From Octopus sinensis (Eukaryota), in the NCBI RefSeq assembly GCF_006345805.1, contig NC_043019.1:22071360-22135359 (forward strand): 64,000 bases of DNA, in the 5' to 3' direction. Positions 36,547-50,212 of this stretch are shown here, in pieces. The position numbers were made by a program, and so were the translations under genes. Each line of letters starts with the position of its first letter. Position 1 is the stretch's first letter. The notes under the pieces were generated by a model. That model had not been told where the DNA came from, searched no databases, and was given only the letters and a program-made list of their open reading frames with translations.

Positions 36547-36750
36547 ATACAAAATAAGAAAATGGAGAAATACATCTAAATCAATTATCAACTACCAGAT
36601 AATACCCAATCACATAATTTATTAAACCACTACATATGAACCACTACACCAAAGAGTTCATCTGTAGTGGTTTAATAAATTATGTGATTGGGTATTATCT
36701 GGTAGTTGATCATTGATTAAGATGTGTTTCTCCATTTTCTTATTTTGTAT
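36547..36750. repeat. Near-perfect palindrome, 95 bp arms and 14 nt loop
   Basis: 36547-36641 pairs with 36656-36750 with few mismatches. Confidence 0.9.
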
Positions 36751-37313
36751 ATATATATATAAATGAAAGAATGGAGTCGAATGACGATTTAACAAAATTC
36801 CTTTATTCTCGACACATGTTTCGAAGACTGCATATTCTCAATTCCGAAGGAATAAAGGGTGCATTATGCTGTCTTCTCATCAGGAAAGACAAGGAACTTA
36901 TGTCAGCATCATGACGAACAAAAACTTTTAGATGACTGCCCACACGGAGTCCATATATATATATATATATATCGCCATGTTGATTCGTTAGCTACTGCAC
37001 GCATTTTTTTTTTCTCTCCTTCTTTCTGTGTTTTTCTCTCTCTGTGTATCTTTCTGTTGAAGAGCGTAGGCTCGAAACGTTAAAGACTTGTTTTATTTAT
37101 ATTTCCTGAGCGCCATACTAATACAATTGTTTGTTTGTTTTCCACCTGCCTTCGTCTTTTGTTTATTTTCATAAAGCTTCCCGTTATATATATATATATA
37201 TAAGTACATGGAGTTTAACCTCTTTACTTGTGTGATTTTTTTGCTACCCTGGTAACTATTTATCTATTTTTTCAGTGTTAATTGTTAACAAGGGAAAAAT
37301 ATACTCATCTATT

Positions 37314-37347
<34 letters not shown>

Positions 37348-38159
37348 CATTATCATCCTCATTTAACGCCCATCGTCCATGCTGGCATGGGTTGGACTGT
37401 TTGACCAGGGCTAGTAAGCTGGAAAGCTGCACCAAACACCAGTCTGATTTGGCATGGTTTCTGTGGCTGGATGCCCTTCCTAATGCCAACCACTGTGAGA
37501 GTGTAATGGGTGCTTTTATGTGCCACCAACATGGGTGCCATTTGCGTGACACCAGTATCTGCAATGATTGTGATTTTTCTAAGCTTGATGGGTCTTCTTC
37601 TCAAACACAACATAATCCCAAAGGTTTTGGTCATTGCCTCCGAGAGGCCCAACACTCAAAAGAAACTCAGCCACTTTGCCTCTGTGAGGCCCAACGCTCA
37701 AAAGCAACCCACCTCCATGAGGCCAAACACTTGAAAGGAACTTAGCCACTTTGCTTCCATGAAGCCCAATGCTTGATTTGAACTTGGAATGTAATGAGTA
37801 ATACTGTAAGGTATTTTGTTGAACATTCTAATGATTCTGCCAGTTCACAACCTTAACAACAACATATATATAACAGCAGCAGCAACAACAATCTTAACTA
37901 TAAATACAACAACAATGCTGTGACAATGGCCTCTGCTCCTCAGAGATGGCCAGATCCATGCCACTTTCACTTGGATTGCTTGACTAGTTAGAAATAGTAG
38001 CCAAATTTCCACCAAATATCATCAAAAACAAAAGGACACATTGGATAATGTAGTTCAAGATATTCGTTTTTTTTTTTCGGGAAACCAGATGGGATGGTCA
38101 TAGTTGGAATGCTTTCAATGTTTAATTTGTTTGATCAAGTCTGATGTGGGTCTAAACAA

Positions 38160-38197
38160 AAGCAAGAAAATCAACTATCACTCCAACAACAACAGTA

Positions 38198-38266
<69 letters not shown>

Positions 38267-39370
38267 ACTACTACTACTACTACTATGACAAAAGCAGCTG
38301 AACCACAATAGCAATAACAACAAAAGCAACATCACAACAAGTGAGATAAATTCAACCAACTCTACAATCACCACCAGCAATAACAACAAATTCCACCAAA
38401 ATCACCAACAAATACCATCATTATCACTATTATCACTACCACTCCTAACATTATCACCAGAACATCATCAATTCAATAACCTCTGCAACTACCAACACCA
38501 ACATCTTCAATAGCATTGCACTTGCTTAATTCCACCACCACCACCACCGCCACCACCACCACCAGACTAAATGTCAGTCAATAAAATCTCTCTGTCTTAT
38601 AAAGATGGTAATTCCATCTGCTTCAGGACCAAAATCTTGACACAGTATAACCTATAATATAGTTTAATAAGGATGGAACCGGCTGGCAATTTGGTCTTGG
38701 AGCTGTTTAGACTGATGGTGGTGGTGGTGGTGATGGCGGCAGTGGTGGTGGTGGTGGTGGTGGTGGTGGTGGTGGTGGTGGTGGTGATGGCGACAGTGGC
38801 GGTGGTGGTGGTGGTGATGGCGACAGTGGCGGTGGTGGTGGTGGTGATGGCGGCAGTGGCGGTGGTGGTGATGGTGGTGGTGGTGGTGATGGCGGCAGTG
38901 GCAGTGGTGGTGGTGGTGGTGGTGATGGCGGCAGTGGCTGTGGTGGTGGTGGTGATGTCGGCAGTGGCGGTGGTGGTGATGGTGGTGGTGGTGGTGATGG
39001 CGGCAGTGGCGGTGGTGGTGGTGGTGGTGGTGGTGGTGGTGATGATGGCGGCAGTGGCGGTGGTGGTGGTGGTGGTGGTGATGGCGGCAGTGGCAGTGGT
39101 GGTGGTGGTGGCGGCAGCGGCGGTAGTGGTTGTGGTGGTGGTGGTGGTGATGGCGGCAGTGGCAGTGGTGGTGGTGATGTCGGCAGTGGCGGTGGTGGTG
39201 ATGGTGGTGGTGGTGGTGATGGCGGCAGTGGCGGTGGTGGTGGTGATGGCGGCAGTGGCGATGGTGGTGGTGGTGGTGGTGGCATTGGTTGCGGCAGCAG
39301 CAGCAGTGGTAGTGGTAGTGGTAGTGGTGGTGGGTGGGTTGGAGGTAATGATGATGATGATGATGATGAT
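38160..39370. repeat. Trinucleotide microsatellite complex (AAC/TAC/TGC; GTG-based array)
   Basis: Visible repeats; source of the spurious poly-Thr/Val/Pro ORFs. Confidence 0.9.
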
Positions 39371-39659
39371 GATGGCATTCATAGTTACTGAATTAATGGC
39401 GTGCATTTTAAATGAAACAGCAGCATATCATTTAGAAAGATAATTCCAGGCTTTAGAGTTAAATGATGTCTACAGAGGAAGAATTATAAGAAATGGAGAT
39501 CAAAAACAAACAACAACAAAGAAAAGAGAAACAAAACTGATTTCTTATGGAGCAATGATAACGTTAAAGACATATAAAGTATCTGTTTATTTAGGCTTAT
39601 TGCTGTATTCCATGGTAAAGTCACTGTTATTAATCTAAGAGGGTGGGGTGGAGGTAAAC

Positions 39660-39840
39660 AGAAGGTGAAAGACAGACAGACAGAGTAAATGGACAGACAG
39701 AGAGACAGACAGACAGATAGACAGATAGACAGACAGACAGACAGATAGACAGACAGACAGACAGATAGACAGACAGACAGATAGACAGACAGACAGATAG
39801 ACAGATAGACAGACAGACAGACAGATAGACAGACAGACAC

Positions 39841-39879
<39 letters not shown>

Positions 39880-40289
39880 TAGACAGACAGACAGACAGAT
39901 AGACAGACAGACAGATAGACACAGACAGACAGACAGACAGACAGACAGACGACAGACAGACAGACAGACAGATAGACAACAGATAGACAAACAGACAGAT
40001 AGACAGACAGATAAACAGACAGACAGACAAACAGACAAACAGATAGACAGACAGACAGATAGACAGACAGACGACAGATAGATAGACAGACAGACAGACA
40101 GATAGACAGACAGACAGATAGACAGACAACAGATAGACAGATAGACAGACAGACAGACAGATAGACAGACAGACAGACAGACGACAGACAGACAGACAAA
40201 CAGATAGACAGACAGACAGACAGATAGACAGACAGACAGACAGATAGACAGACAGACAGATAGACAGACAGACAGACAGACAGACAGGC

Positions 40290-40320
<31 letters not shown>

Positions 40321-40506
40321 TAGACAAACAGATAGACAAACAGACAGATAGACAGACAGATAAACAGACAGACAGACAAACAGACAAACAGATAGACAGA
40401 CAGACAGATAGACAGACAGACAGACAGATAGACAGACAGACAGATAGACAGACAGACAGACAGACAAACAGATAGACAGATAGACAGACAGACAGACAAG
40501 ACAGAG

Positions 40507-40537
<31 letters not shown>

Positions 40538-41027
40538 TAGATAGACAGACAGACAGATAGACAGATAGACAGACAGATAGACAGACAGACAGACAGACAG
40601 ATAGACAGACAGATAGACAGATAGACAGACAGACAGACAAGACAGAGAGATAGACAGACAGACAGACAGACAGATAGATAGACAGACAGACAGATAGATA
40701 GACAGACAGATAGACAGATAGACAGACAGACAGACAGACAGATAGACAGACAGACAGACAGAGTGACAGATAGACAGACAGATAGACAGACAGATAGACA
40801 GACAGACAGACGGATAGACAGATAGACAGACAGATAGACAGATAGACAGACAGACAGACAGACAGATAGACAGATAGACAGACAGATAGACAGACAGACA
40901 GACAGATAGACAGACAGATAGACAGACAGACAGACAGATAGACAGACAGATAGACAGACAGACAGACAGATAGACAGACAGACAGACAGATAGACAGACA
41001 GATAGACAGACAGATAGACAGACAGAC

Positions 41028-41062
<35 letters not shown>

Positions 41063-41110
41063 TAGATAGATAGATAGATAGATAGACAGACGGACAGACA
41101 GACAGACAGA
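39660..41110 (+). repeat. ~1.45 kb compound (GACA)n/(GATA)n microsatellite
   Basis: Visible; source of the spurious LSVC-repeat ORFs. Confidence 0.97.
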
Positions 41111-42121
41111 AAGGAGGAAGGAAGGAAGGAAGAAGCAACAAGAAAGAAGGAATGTAAGTAAAAAGCGTGAATGAAAAAAGAATGAAGGATGAAAGAGTGG
41201 AAGGCAGGAAGAAAGAAAATAATGAAAGGAAGGAAAAAAAAGGAAGAAAGTTTCTGTCTATCAAATCCATCCATTCACTAGGTTTTGATCGATTTCATGC
41301 TATAGTAGAAGACACTTGTCCAAGATAGCAAGCAATGGGGATTGAACCTAAGACTACATGGTTGGGAAGCAAACTTCTTGACCACACACACACACATCAA
41401 AGTTTGATAAGTGCCAAGCATGAAACTCTTGGCCCTTGATTTCACTTTGTAACTTATGCAAATTAAAATAATAAAAGGATATTATACATATACTCTTTTA
41501 CTTGTTTCAGTCATTTGACTGTGGCCATGCTGGAGCACTGCCTTTAGTCAAGCAAATCGACTCCGGGACTTATTCTTTGTAAGCCCAGTACTTATTCTAT
41601 CGGTCTCTTTTGCCAAACTGCTAAGTGACGGGGACGTAAACACACCAGCATCGGTTGTCAAGCAATGCTAGGGGGTCAAACACAGACACACAAACACACA
41701 CATATATATATACATTTACATATATATGACAGGCTTCTTTCAGTTTCCGTCTACCAAATCCACTCACAAGGCATTGGTCGGCCTGGGGCCATAGTAGAAG
41801 ACACTTGCCCAAGATGCCACGCAGTGGGACTTAACCCGGAACCATGTGGTTGGTTAGCAAGCTACTTACCACACAGCCACTCCTGCGCTTATATGTAGAT
41901 AAGGCCTATATTATTATATGTTACAAAGGATATTCCTTAATTCTTCCTCTCTGAAGATGAAATAGTTGGCTTATATGAAAATCTTTGGTCAATGATCTAT
42001 GCACCATATGCACAGCTGATCTAGAAGTCCCTTATTTAATCTAACTGCTCTGCAATTATGCTTGAATTATTAATTACACACTCTAAAGTGATACCACTTT
42101 TTTTGCTTGTTTGTTCTTTAA

Positions 42122-42274
<153 letters not shown>

Positions 42275-42745
42275 GATGCAGCACAGAGTTTTGTCAGTGA
42301 ACAGGTCGCGGTCTCAAAGCGACGAAAATATTTTGACAAATTAAATTTAAATGTTGAAGTGAATCGAACGGCTTTTGTGTGTTTCTTAAATGGCTTATAA
42401 ACACCTTCCACGCTGCAACTGTTTTCGTTCCAGCACACGATCTCAGATCAGGTCACTTGCTATGCAAGTACATCTCCATAATATATATATATTTGCGTGT
42501 GTGTATGTGCATACATACTAAGTCTTCTTCTAATCTTCTCGTGCTTCATTCTCTCTCTTTCAAACCTTGAACAACCACTGTGTACTCTCTTCCTCCATCC
42601 ATCTCAGTCTTGTGCCTCTCTCTCCCAATCAATAGATTTCTGGCGGCCAACACGAGATTAATCTCTTCCCTGGTTGGTGAGACCAGCTTTGTTGTGAGCT
42701 AGCCAGAGTGCCCTATCCCTCCATTAACCCAATAGTACTTAATAA

Positions 42746-43160
42746 GGCGGCGAGCTGGCAGAAACGTTAGCATGCCGGGTGAAATGCTTTGTGGTATTTC
42801 ATCCGTCGCTGTATTCTGAGTTCAAATTCCGCCGAGGTCGACTTTGCCTTTCATCCTTTCGGGGTCGATAAATTAAGTACCAGTTACGCACTGGGGTCGA
42901 TATAATCGACTTAATCCGTTTGGCTGTCCTTGTTTGTCTCCTCTGTGTTTACCCCTTGTGGGTAGTAAAGAAATAGGTATTTCGTCCGCCGCTGCATTCT
43001 GAGTTCAAATTCCGCCGAGGTCGACTTTGTCTTTCATCCTTTCGGGGTCGATAAATTAAGTGCCAGTTACGCACTGGGGTCGATATAATCGACTTAATCC
43101 GTTTGGCTGTCCTTGTTTGTCCCCTCTGTGTTTAGCCCCTTGTGGGTAGTAAAACAATAA
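42746..43160 (+). mobile_element. SINE family B with tandem duplication of its 3' part
   Basis: Full copy at 42746-42975, then a second copy restarting at GTATTTCGTCCGCCG. Confidence 0.85.
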
Positions 43161-43269
43161 GTACTTAATAAGGCATTCTGTGACTTCCTCAGTGACACTG
43201 TCTTCGTGTGTGCTCTTGCTCAGCTTATTCCATTCCATTCCACACACACATACACACATATAGACAAAT

Positions 43270-43985
43270 TGACGAAAATAAAAATGTAAGCGCCCTGAGA
43301 GAAAAGTTGAGCATAAGAAGCATCAAATGTGGTGTGCAAGAGAGAAGACTGAGCTGGTATGGTCATGTGTTACGTATAAATGAGGACAGTTGTGTGAGAA
43401 AGTGCCACTCCCTAACTGTGGAAGGAACCTGTGGAAGAGGTAGACCCAGGAAGACATGCGATGAGGTGGTGAAGCATGGCCCTCATATATTGAGCCTCAT
43501 AGAGGCAATAACAGGAGACTGAGACCTTTGGAGATATGCTGTGATGGAGAAGACCTGGCAACTAAAGTGAAATCGCAGCCATGCATGTCCGGCCCAGTTA
43601 AGAGTACCCTGATGCGTCAGGTGATATGATATGCCTGAAAAAACCTGTTCATTCAAGTAAAACCAATATCATAGCTGTAGCCAGTGCCCCCCCCCCACAC
43701 ACACACACACACACAACTGGCTCCTGTGCTGGTGGCACGTAAAAAGCACCATCCGAACATGGTCAATGCCAGGTCTACCTGATTGGCTTCTGTGCTGGTG
43801 GCATGTAAAAAGAACCCACTACACTCTCGGAGAGGTTGGCGTTAGGAAGGGAATCCAGCTGTAGAAACATTGCCAGATCAGATTGGAACCTAGTGGAGCC
43901 ACTGGCTCTCCAGACCTCAGTTAAACCATCCAACTCATGCCAGCATGGAAAATGGACGTTAAACGATGATGATGGTGATGATAAT
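43270..43985 (+). mobile_element. RTE-clade LINE 3' end: ORF2 C-terminus, long 3'UTR and (GAT)n tail
   Basis: LREKLSIRSIKCGVQERRLSWYGHVLRINEDSCVRKCHSLTVEGTCGRGRPRKT (RTE-type RLRWYGHV...GRPRK motif), then the abundant GGCACGTAAAAAGCACC...GTTAAACGATGATG repeat. Confidence 0.85.
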
Positions 43986-44100
43986 GTATTTCTTTAAGTA
44001 TAATAAGCATATCGAGTTTTATCAAAGAGTGTTTTGTGCTCTGCAAAATATATTTAAATATACTTTACATAACTTACATTATCAAATGTGTATGTGTGTT

Positions 44101-44161
<61 letters not shown>

Positions 44162-44731
44162 GCAAGAGACAGAGAGAGAGAGAGACAGAGTGAGAGTGAG
44201 AGTTTGTGTGTAAGCATTTAAATATGTATGTATGATTAAATATATATATATATACATATGATTTATATAAACGATGATTTTATATATATATATATATATA
44301 TACACAAACATACACACACACACCTATATGCATACAGCACATACACCCGTGTATATATGTATGGATGTGTGTATGCATATTTCTTTGTTTATTAACATAA
44401 AAAGAAAAAAAATCAATAGCCTTCATCACTGTGAGTAAAGCCACCTAAACTGTCTTAGCATATATTATTATATTTGCACAGTTGTCAAAGACGTCAGAAT
44501 CTCAGGAATTGCAATGCAAAACTTAATTGGTTCCATATTGATCATTCATTTATTGATCAGTCACCATTATATTAAAGATATTCAAAATATCTTTTATGAT
44601 ATTGCTCCTCTTTTCTGTTTCAGCCTTTCATCTTGTCTATGTTATGAACATGATAACACTTAAACTTCAATTACTAACCGTTATACTTCACTTATGCTTA
44701 TACTGCACTTACAAACACTTACATTTCTCTA

Positions 44732-45113
44732 GTGGAGGCACAATGGCCCAGTGGTTAGGGCAGCGGACTTGCAGTCGTAGGATCTCGGTTTCGATTCCCA
44801 GACCGGGTGTTGTGAGTGTTTATTGAGCGAAAACACCTAAAGCTCCAGGAGGCTCCGGCAGGGGATGGTGGTGATCCCTGCTGTACTCTTTCACCACAAC
44901 TTTCTCTCACTCTTACTTCCTGTTTCTGTTGTACCTGTATTTCAAAGGGCCGGCCTTGTCACTCTCTGTGTCATGCTGAATATCCCCGAGAACTACGTTA
45001 AGGGTACACGTGTCTGTGGAGTGCTCAGCCACTTACACGTTAATTTCACGAGCAGGCTGTTCCGTTGGTCGGATCAACCGGAACCCTCATCATCGTAGCC
45101 GACGGAGTGCTTC
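44732..45113 (+). mobile_element. tRNA-derived SINE, family C
   Basis: A box TGGCCCAGTGG, B box GTTTCGATTCC; related copies at 46082-46345 (+) and 49396-49702 (-). Confidence 0.85.
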
Positions 45114-46600
45114 TTACACTTCACTTACTAATACTTACACTTCCCTTACTAATACTTATACTTCATACACTTGCACTTTGCTTACACTTTGCTCATAATG
45201 CTTATGTTTTACTTGCTTACTGTAATGCTTCACTTACTAACTTGTATTTCATTTAATAGTACACTTCATTTAATACCACTTACACTTCACTTTTCCTCAC
45301 TTAAATTAATACACTTAGTTAATACACTTCTTTTATTGACATTTATTCTTCAGTTACACGCACATACATTTCATTTGCTTGCTAACACTTATGTACCACT
45401 TACTAACACTTACACTATATTTACTAACACTTACATTCCACTTGCCAACATTAGTACTTCTCTTGCTTACACTTACTCTTCACTTATTAACATGCTCCAC
45501 TGGCTAACACTTCATTTGCTAACACTTGTAAAAACTTACACTTCACTGACTTCATTTTTGCATTAGCTAATAAAGTATAAGTGTTAATATCACACTTCAC
45601 TTGCTAACACTTTTGCATTAACGGCTTCTAAATTATTCTGAACTACTAAATTATGGTGATGTAAACACACCACCACTGGTTATCAAGTAGTGATGGTGGG
45701 GACAAACACAAACACACACACACATATAAATGAGGGACTTCTTTCAGTTTCCGTCTACCAAAATCCACTCATGAGGCTTTGGTCAGCCTGAGGCTATAGT
45801 AGAAGACACTTGTCCAAGGTGCCACACAGTGGAACTGAACCTAAAATCATGTGGTTGGTAAACAAGCATCTTACCACACAGCCACGCCTGCACCTATGCT
45901 TGTTTACAACCATCACATAATATCAATGGTACATATATGCATGCATGCACACACATACGCACACATATATACTCTTTAATTTTTTCATTCTCTTACAGGT
46001 TACAGTCATTGGATTGCAGCCATGTTGGGGTACTGCCTTGAAGAGTTTAGTCAAACAAATTGACTCAGTACCTTCTTAGTGAGTGGAGGCACATGGCCTA
46101 ATGGTTAGAGCAGCAGGCTTGTGGTCGAGGGATCACGGATTCGAATCTCAGACCGGGCGATGTATGTGTTTATGAGCAAAACACCTAAGCTCCACACGGC
46201 TCTGGCAGAAGGTAATGGCGAACTTCTGCTGACTCTTTCGCCACAACTTTCTCTCACTCTTTCCTCCTGCATCTTGCAGCTCACCTGCAATAGACCAGCG
46301 TTCTGTCCAGGAAACCGGGAAACCAGCCCTTATGAGCCAGGCATGGCTCGAGAAGGAACAGACAAACCTTCTTAGTGAGACAAGTACAAAAGAAACTCTT
46401 GGCAGTCACTGACAAAGTTCCACACTCTATAACCTGGTGGTTACCTATGAAAACTTGGTGTGGATGAATGATTGGTGTTAACAATGCTTGCCATGTACTA
46501 AGTGTGAGTTAGCAGCTAGTTCAGGAAGGTATTCAGCATTCAGAGAGGTGTTCTCTACAAGGGCTTGTTAATAGTGTCTGCCTGTTTATTATAGTTGTCC

Positions 46601-48095
46601 ATACTATAACAGGTCTCCATTCATGGTGACTGTACAGCGCAGGTAGATGAAGGAGCTGACAAATTCCATGATATTGGGACCAACTTTAAGAAGATATTGG
46701 GCCATCTCCAACATGCACTAGCTTGGTCTTCACCAAACTCACTTAAAAACCAAGCTTTGCAGATTCCTCTTGGTATATGATCAGTGTGTCCCTGAGCTGG
46801 TCAATTAAGATTCTGAATAGGGTGGTATTGTCTGCATACGCCAGGCCCGGTAATCAGATAATCAATGACACTGTCAAAGAGATCAGGGGCAACCATGCAA
46901 CCCTCTCTGACTTTGCTGTTGATGGGGAACCAGTCGAAGTCCTTCCTGTTCACCCACCTGCAACTCTTGGCACTGCTATAAAGTTATTGGAACAAGGGGG
47001 TGATTTTCAGTGATGCGCTAGTGAGCTTGAGAATTTTCCAGAGGGATGCATGGTCAACCATGCTGAATGCTGCCTTGAGGCTGATGAAGGTGGTATAGAG
47101 GTGGCAATCTTTGCCAGAACTCCTGAGATCTTTCGATGAAACAAAGGACAGAAATATTGTTGGTAGTAGATCGAGTCAGCATAAGTTCAGGTTGTTGTGG
47201 GTGGTGTCTGCTTCTAGTGGCAGCAAGGGCATGGCTGAGGAGGATCCTGGTGAAAAGTTTGCCAGGGATGGAAAAGAAGTTGATGCTCCTGTGATTGCTG
47301 CAGACAAGTTTGTCACCCTTCCGTTTCCAAACAAGGAGGAGGATGCTTTAGGTCCAGTCATTTGGGAGCTGCTCTGACACTCATACATGGTTGAAGACAC
47401 AAGTGAGCCATCTTGATCATATTTTTTCCACCCACCTTCAACATCTCCATGGTGGTAGCATGGATTCAAGGGGCTTTGCAGTTGTTGAGTTTCTTAAGGG
47501 CAGCACTGACTTCACCAGGGGTGGCAGAATCAAGTGGCAGTTGTGGCTATATCTGTAATGATGGTTAGGTTGGGGTTGAATAGGACCCCTAAGATCAACC
47601 ATACATGTAGCTATGTAAGTCCCTTTGGTGCCACTGCTCTATCTCCTGGAAGATGAAGTTCTGCATCTACATATTGGTCCTCTCCATTCTCCTCTATGGA
47701 GCAGAAATATGACCTCTCACAAAGGCCTTGGCAAAGAGGATGGATGGCTTCAATAGCAGAGCCCAGAGAACCATTGAGAACATTTCCAACAAAGAACTGC
47801 ATGGGCACACACATCAGCCTGCAGCCTCCCACCTCATAGCTATCTGCCACATGCGCTGATGTGGACATATCCTCTGTCTACCACCAGATCTTCCTACTAG
47901 GACCTTACTCTCATTAGACACAGCCGCTGTGGGCTGGAAGAGGTCCAATAGTAGGCCCTGCACCAGATGGTTGGACATGATTAAGAAAGACTACCAGTGG
48001 CTCGATGTCATCTTAGAGGATGCAGAGGGGCTGGCACAAGACTGCCAGTGATGGGGAGCACTAGTGGACCTGGTCAGCTCTATGCACAATGATGC
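46601..48095. mobile_element. Decayed RTE-clade LINE with an inverted 5' portion
   Basis: Minus strand 46601-47590 gives GEVSAALKKLNNCKAP, WKRKGDKLVCSNHRSINFFSIPGKLFTRILL, LKAAFSMVDHASL and FIYL..TVTMNGDL; plus strand 47600-48095 gives KMKFCIYILVLSILLYGAEI and GWKRSNSRPCTRWLDMIKKD. Confidence 0.85.
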
Positions 48096-49885
48096 CTGTG
48101 GGACAAGAAAGGGATTCTCTATTCACGTGAAGGGCATATTGGATGATGTTTGCGTACTATGATCCTGAATTAATTGTCTGGGAGGGATTAATTGGGGTTA
48201 AAAAACTTTGATTATAAGCCGTAAAGGCAACAGCGAGAGGAAGTAATATGAGAGTTATGTCCCATGAATATCATCACTAAGACTCCATAGGTTATGTCCC
48301 CTGTTATTTCTCAACTTCTATCTCTATTATTAATTTCCTTTTCTTTTTCTAAGTATTTCACGAGTAAATTAAGTAATATAAAAATATTTATGTATCCAAA
48401 GACACCAGGAAATAAGTTTTCAGATTCTAAGTGAACCGCTTATAATAGTATAGTATCTAGGATATTAGTTGTTATCCTTCTGTAAAGTTTCCAATCATAT
48501 CTTCACTCTAACTTGTTGATTATATTTTTCTTGAAAATAAATGAATAAATAAATCAGCATTATCGATTTAATGTCCAATTTTCCATGCTTGCATTGTAGG
48601 GTGGAGCGAAATATGCAACTTTCGAAATTGGTAATTAAGAATCGATATTTTGTTGCGAATTAGGGTTAAAAGAAAGGTGTATAAAGAACTTTGCTGTTAA
48701 ATATTTTTTTTTCAGCTTCGCAATACAACATCTGGCCAGAGTCTGCTCACTCCCTGAATTCTTTTCACACATATATTGTGTGTGAAACAAATTATATAGT
48801 CGAGTAGTATATAGCTGGTTGTGACCAGGCAAAAATTACCGTTGGTTTCCAGTCTATTATTGTACTTGGCAATTCAAGTGACTAGCAGACCTGCTGGTAG
48901 GAAGCACATAAGCTCTTTATTAATGGAGGTACCTCCATTAATAAAGTGGTTGTGTCCCTCTGGCCAACAGATTTGCTGAGTCACCTGTGTTGCCAAGTGC
49001 AATAATAGACACAAAACCAATGGTAACTTTCTGACTAGCCATAACCAATAATATGCTACCTGACTACATAATATATTACTAAAAAACATAATCTTTTAGA
49101 GTGTGCATTTTTTTTTGACTTATAGACAAGTGACTGATCGATCGATCGATCCATCCATCCATCCATCTGCCCTGTTCATGAATTACTTCACCATGGATCA
49201 ACAGCCAATATACGACATGTGAGAACTCCTGTACCAGGTGACCCAGGCAGCAGCATTACAGCCACAACTTTGTATGACATGTACTGCAACCGGCTCTGCA
49301 TCATGGCCACAACTCCTTGATACAGTATTTCAACTACTGTGTACAATTGACTACAAACTGGTATTCTCATTCTTGTGACTTTGATCATTAGTTAGTTAGT
49401 TTGTTCCTTCTCGAGCCATGCCTGGATCATAAGGGCCGGTTTCCCGGTTTCTTGGCATATAGGTTCCCCACCTGGACAGGATGCCGGTCCATCGCAGGTG
49501 AGCTGCAAGATGCGGGAGGAAAGAGAGAGAGAGAAAGTTGTGGCGAAAGAGTCAGCAGAAGTTTCGCCATTACCTTCAGCCAGAGCCACGTGGAGCTTAG
49601 GTGTTTTCGCTCATAAACACACACATCGTCCGGTCTGAGATTCAAACCCATGATCCCTCGACCACGAGTCCACTGATCTAACACTAGGCCATGTGCCTCC
49701 ACTGACTTTGATCATTCGTTTAACTTCTCATTATAGACTCTTTCACTGTCTCCATCATTGCTATTCTTATATGTACTTAACACACACACATACATCCACG
49801 CCTATACACACATACACTTTGTTCTCGTGATGGCCTGTCTATTATTCTGTATACATGATGCACACACAGACACACATGCTAACAT

Positions 49886-50212
49886 ATAATAATAATGAAA
49901 TTATTGTATACAGTGCTCTGGTGCACCACAACTTGTCAAAAAGTGCGTATAAAGTATATGCAGTAATGTACAAATGTCTGGAAAGTGAAAAGTGTATGAG
50001 TCAGATACATGCTTGCGTGTGTATGGAGGGGAGGAAATCAGGTGTAGTGTTGGTGAATCTCAGGACGCATGGAAGTTTTGAAGGATGCAGTGCTCCGACA
50101 ACTAACAACTGATGCCGGCAGTTTGTTCCATACTTCAGCAACTCTCAGCGTGAAAAAATGTTTCCGAAAGTCATGGGAGCTGTGCTGTTTTCTGACTTTG
50201 TAAACATGTCTA
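49886..50212 (-). mobile_element. CR1-type LINE 3' end, second family, (ATT)n tail
   Basis: HVYKVRKQHSSHDFRKHFFTLRVAEVWNKLPASVVSCRSTASFKTSMRPEIHQHYT*; tail remnants also at 14259-14298 and 59322-59759. Confidence 0.85.

Noticed and set aside
38597-39443. Mucin-like poly-Thr/Ala, poly-Val and poly-Pro ORFs
   Set aside because: GTG microsatellite open in several frames; no signal peptide, splice partners or non-repetitive coding flank.
39484-41274. 546-596 aa LSVC-repeat ORFs
   Set aside because: Translation of a GACA/GATA microsatellite.
44732-44805. tRNA gene-like sequences (also the heads of SINE families A and B)
   Set aside because: A/B boxes are present but continue into SINE bodies found in multiple copies; no intact acceptor stem was evident.
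48635-48832. 65 aa minus-strand ORF MPGHNQLYTT...
   Set aside because: No recognisable homology or splice structure; no third protein-coding gene could be supported between TM2D1 and MYSM1.
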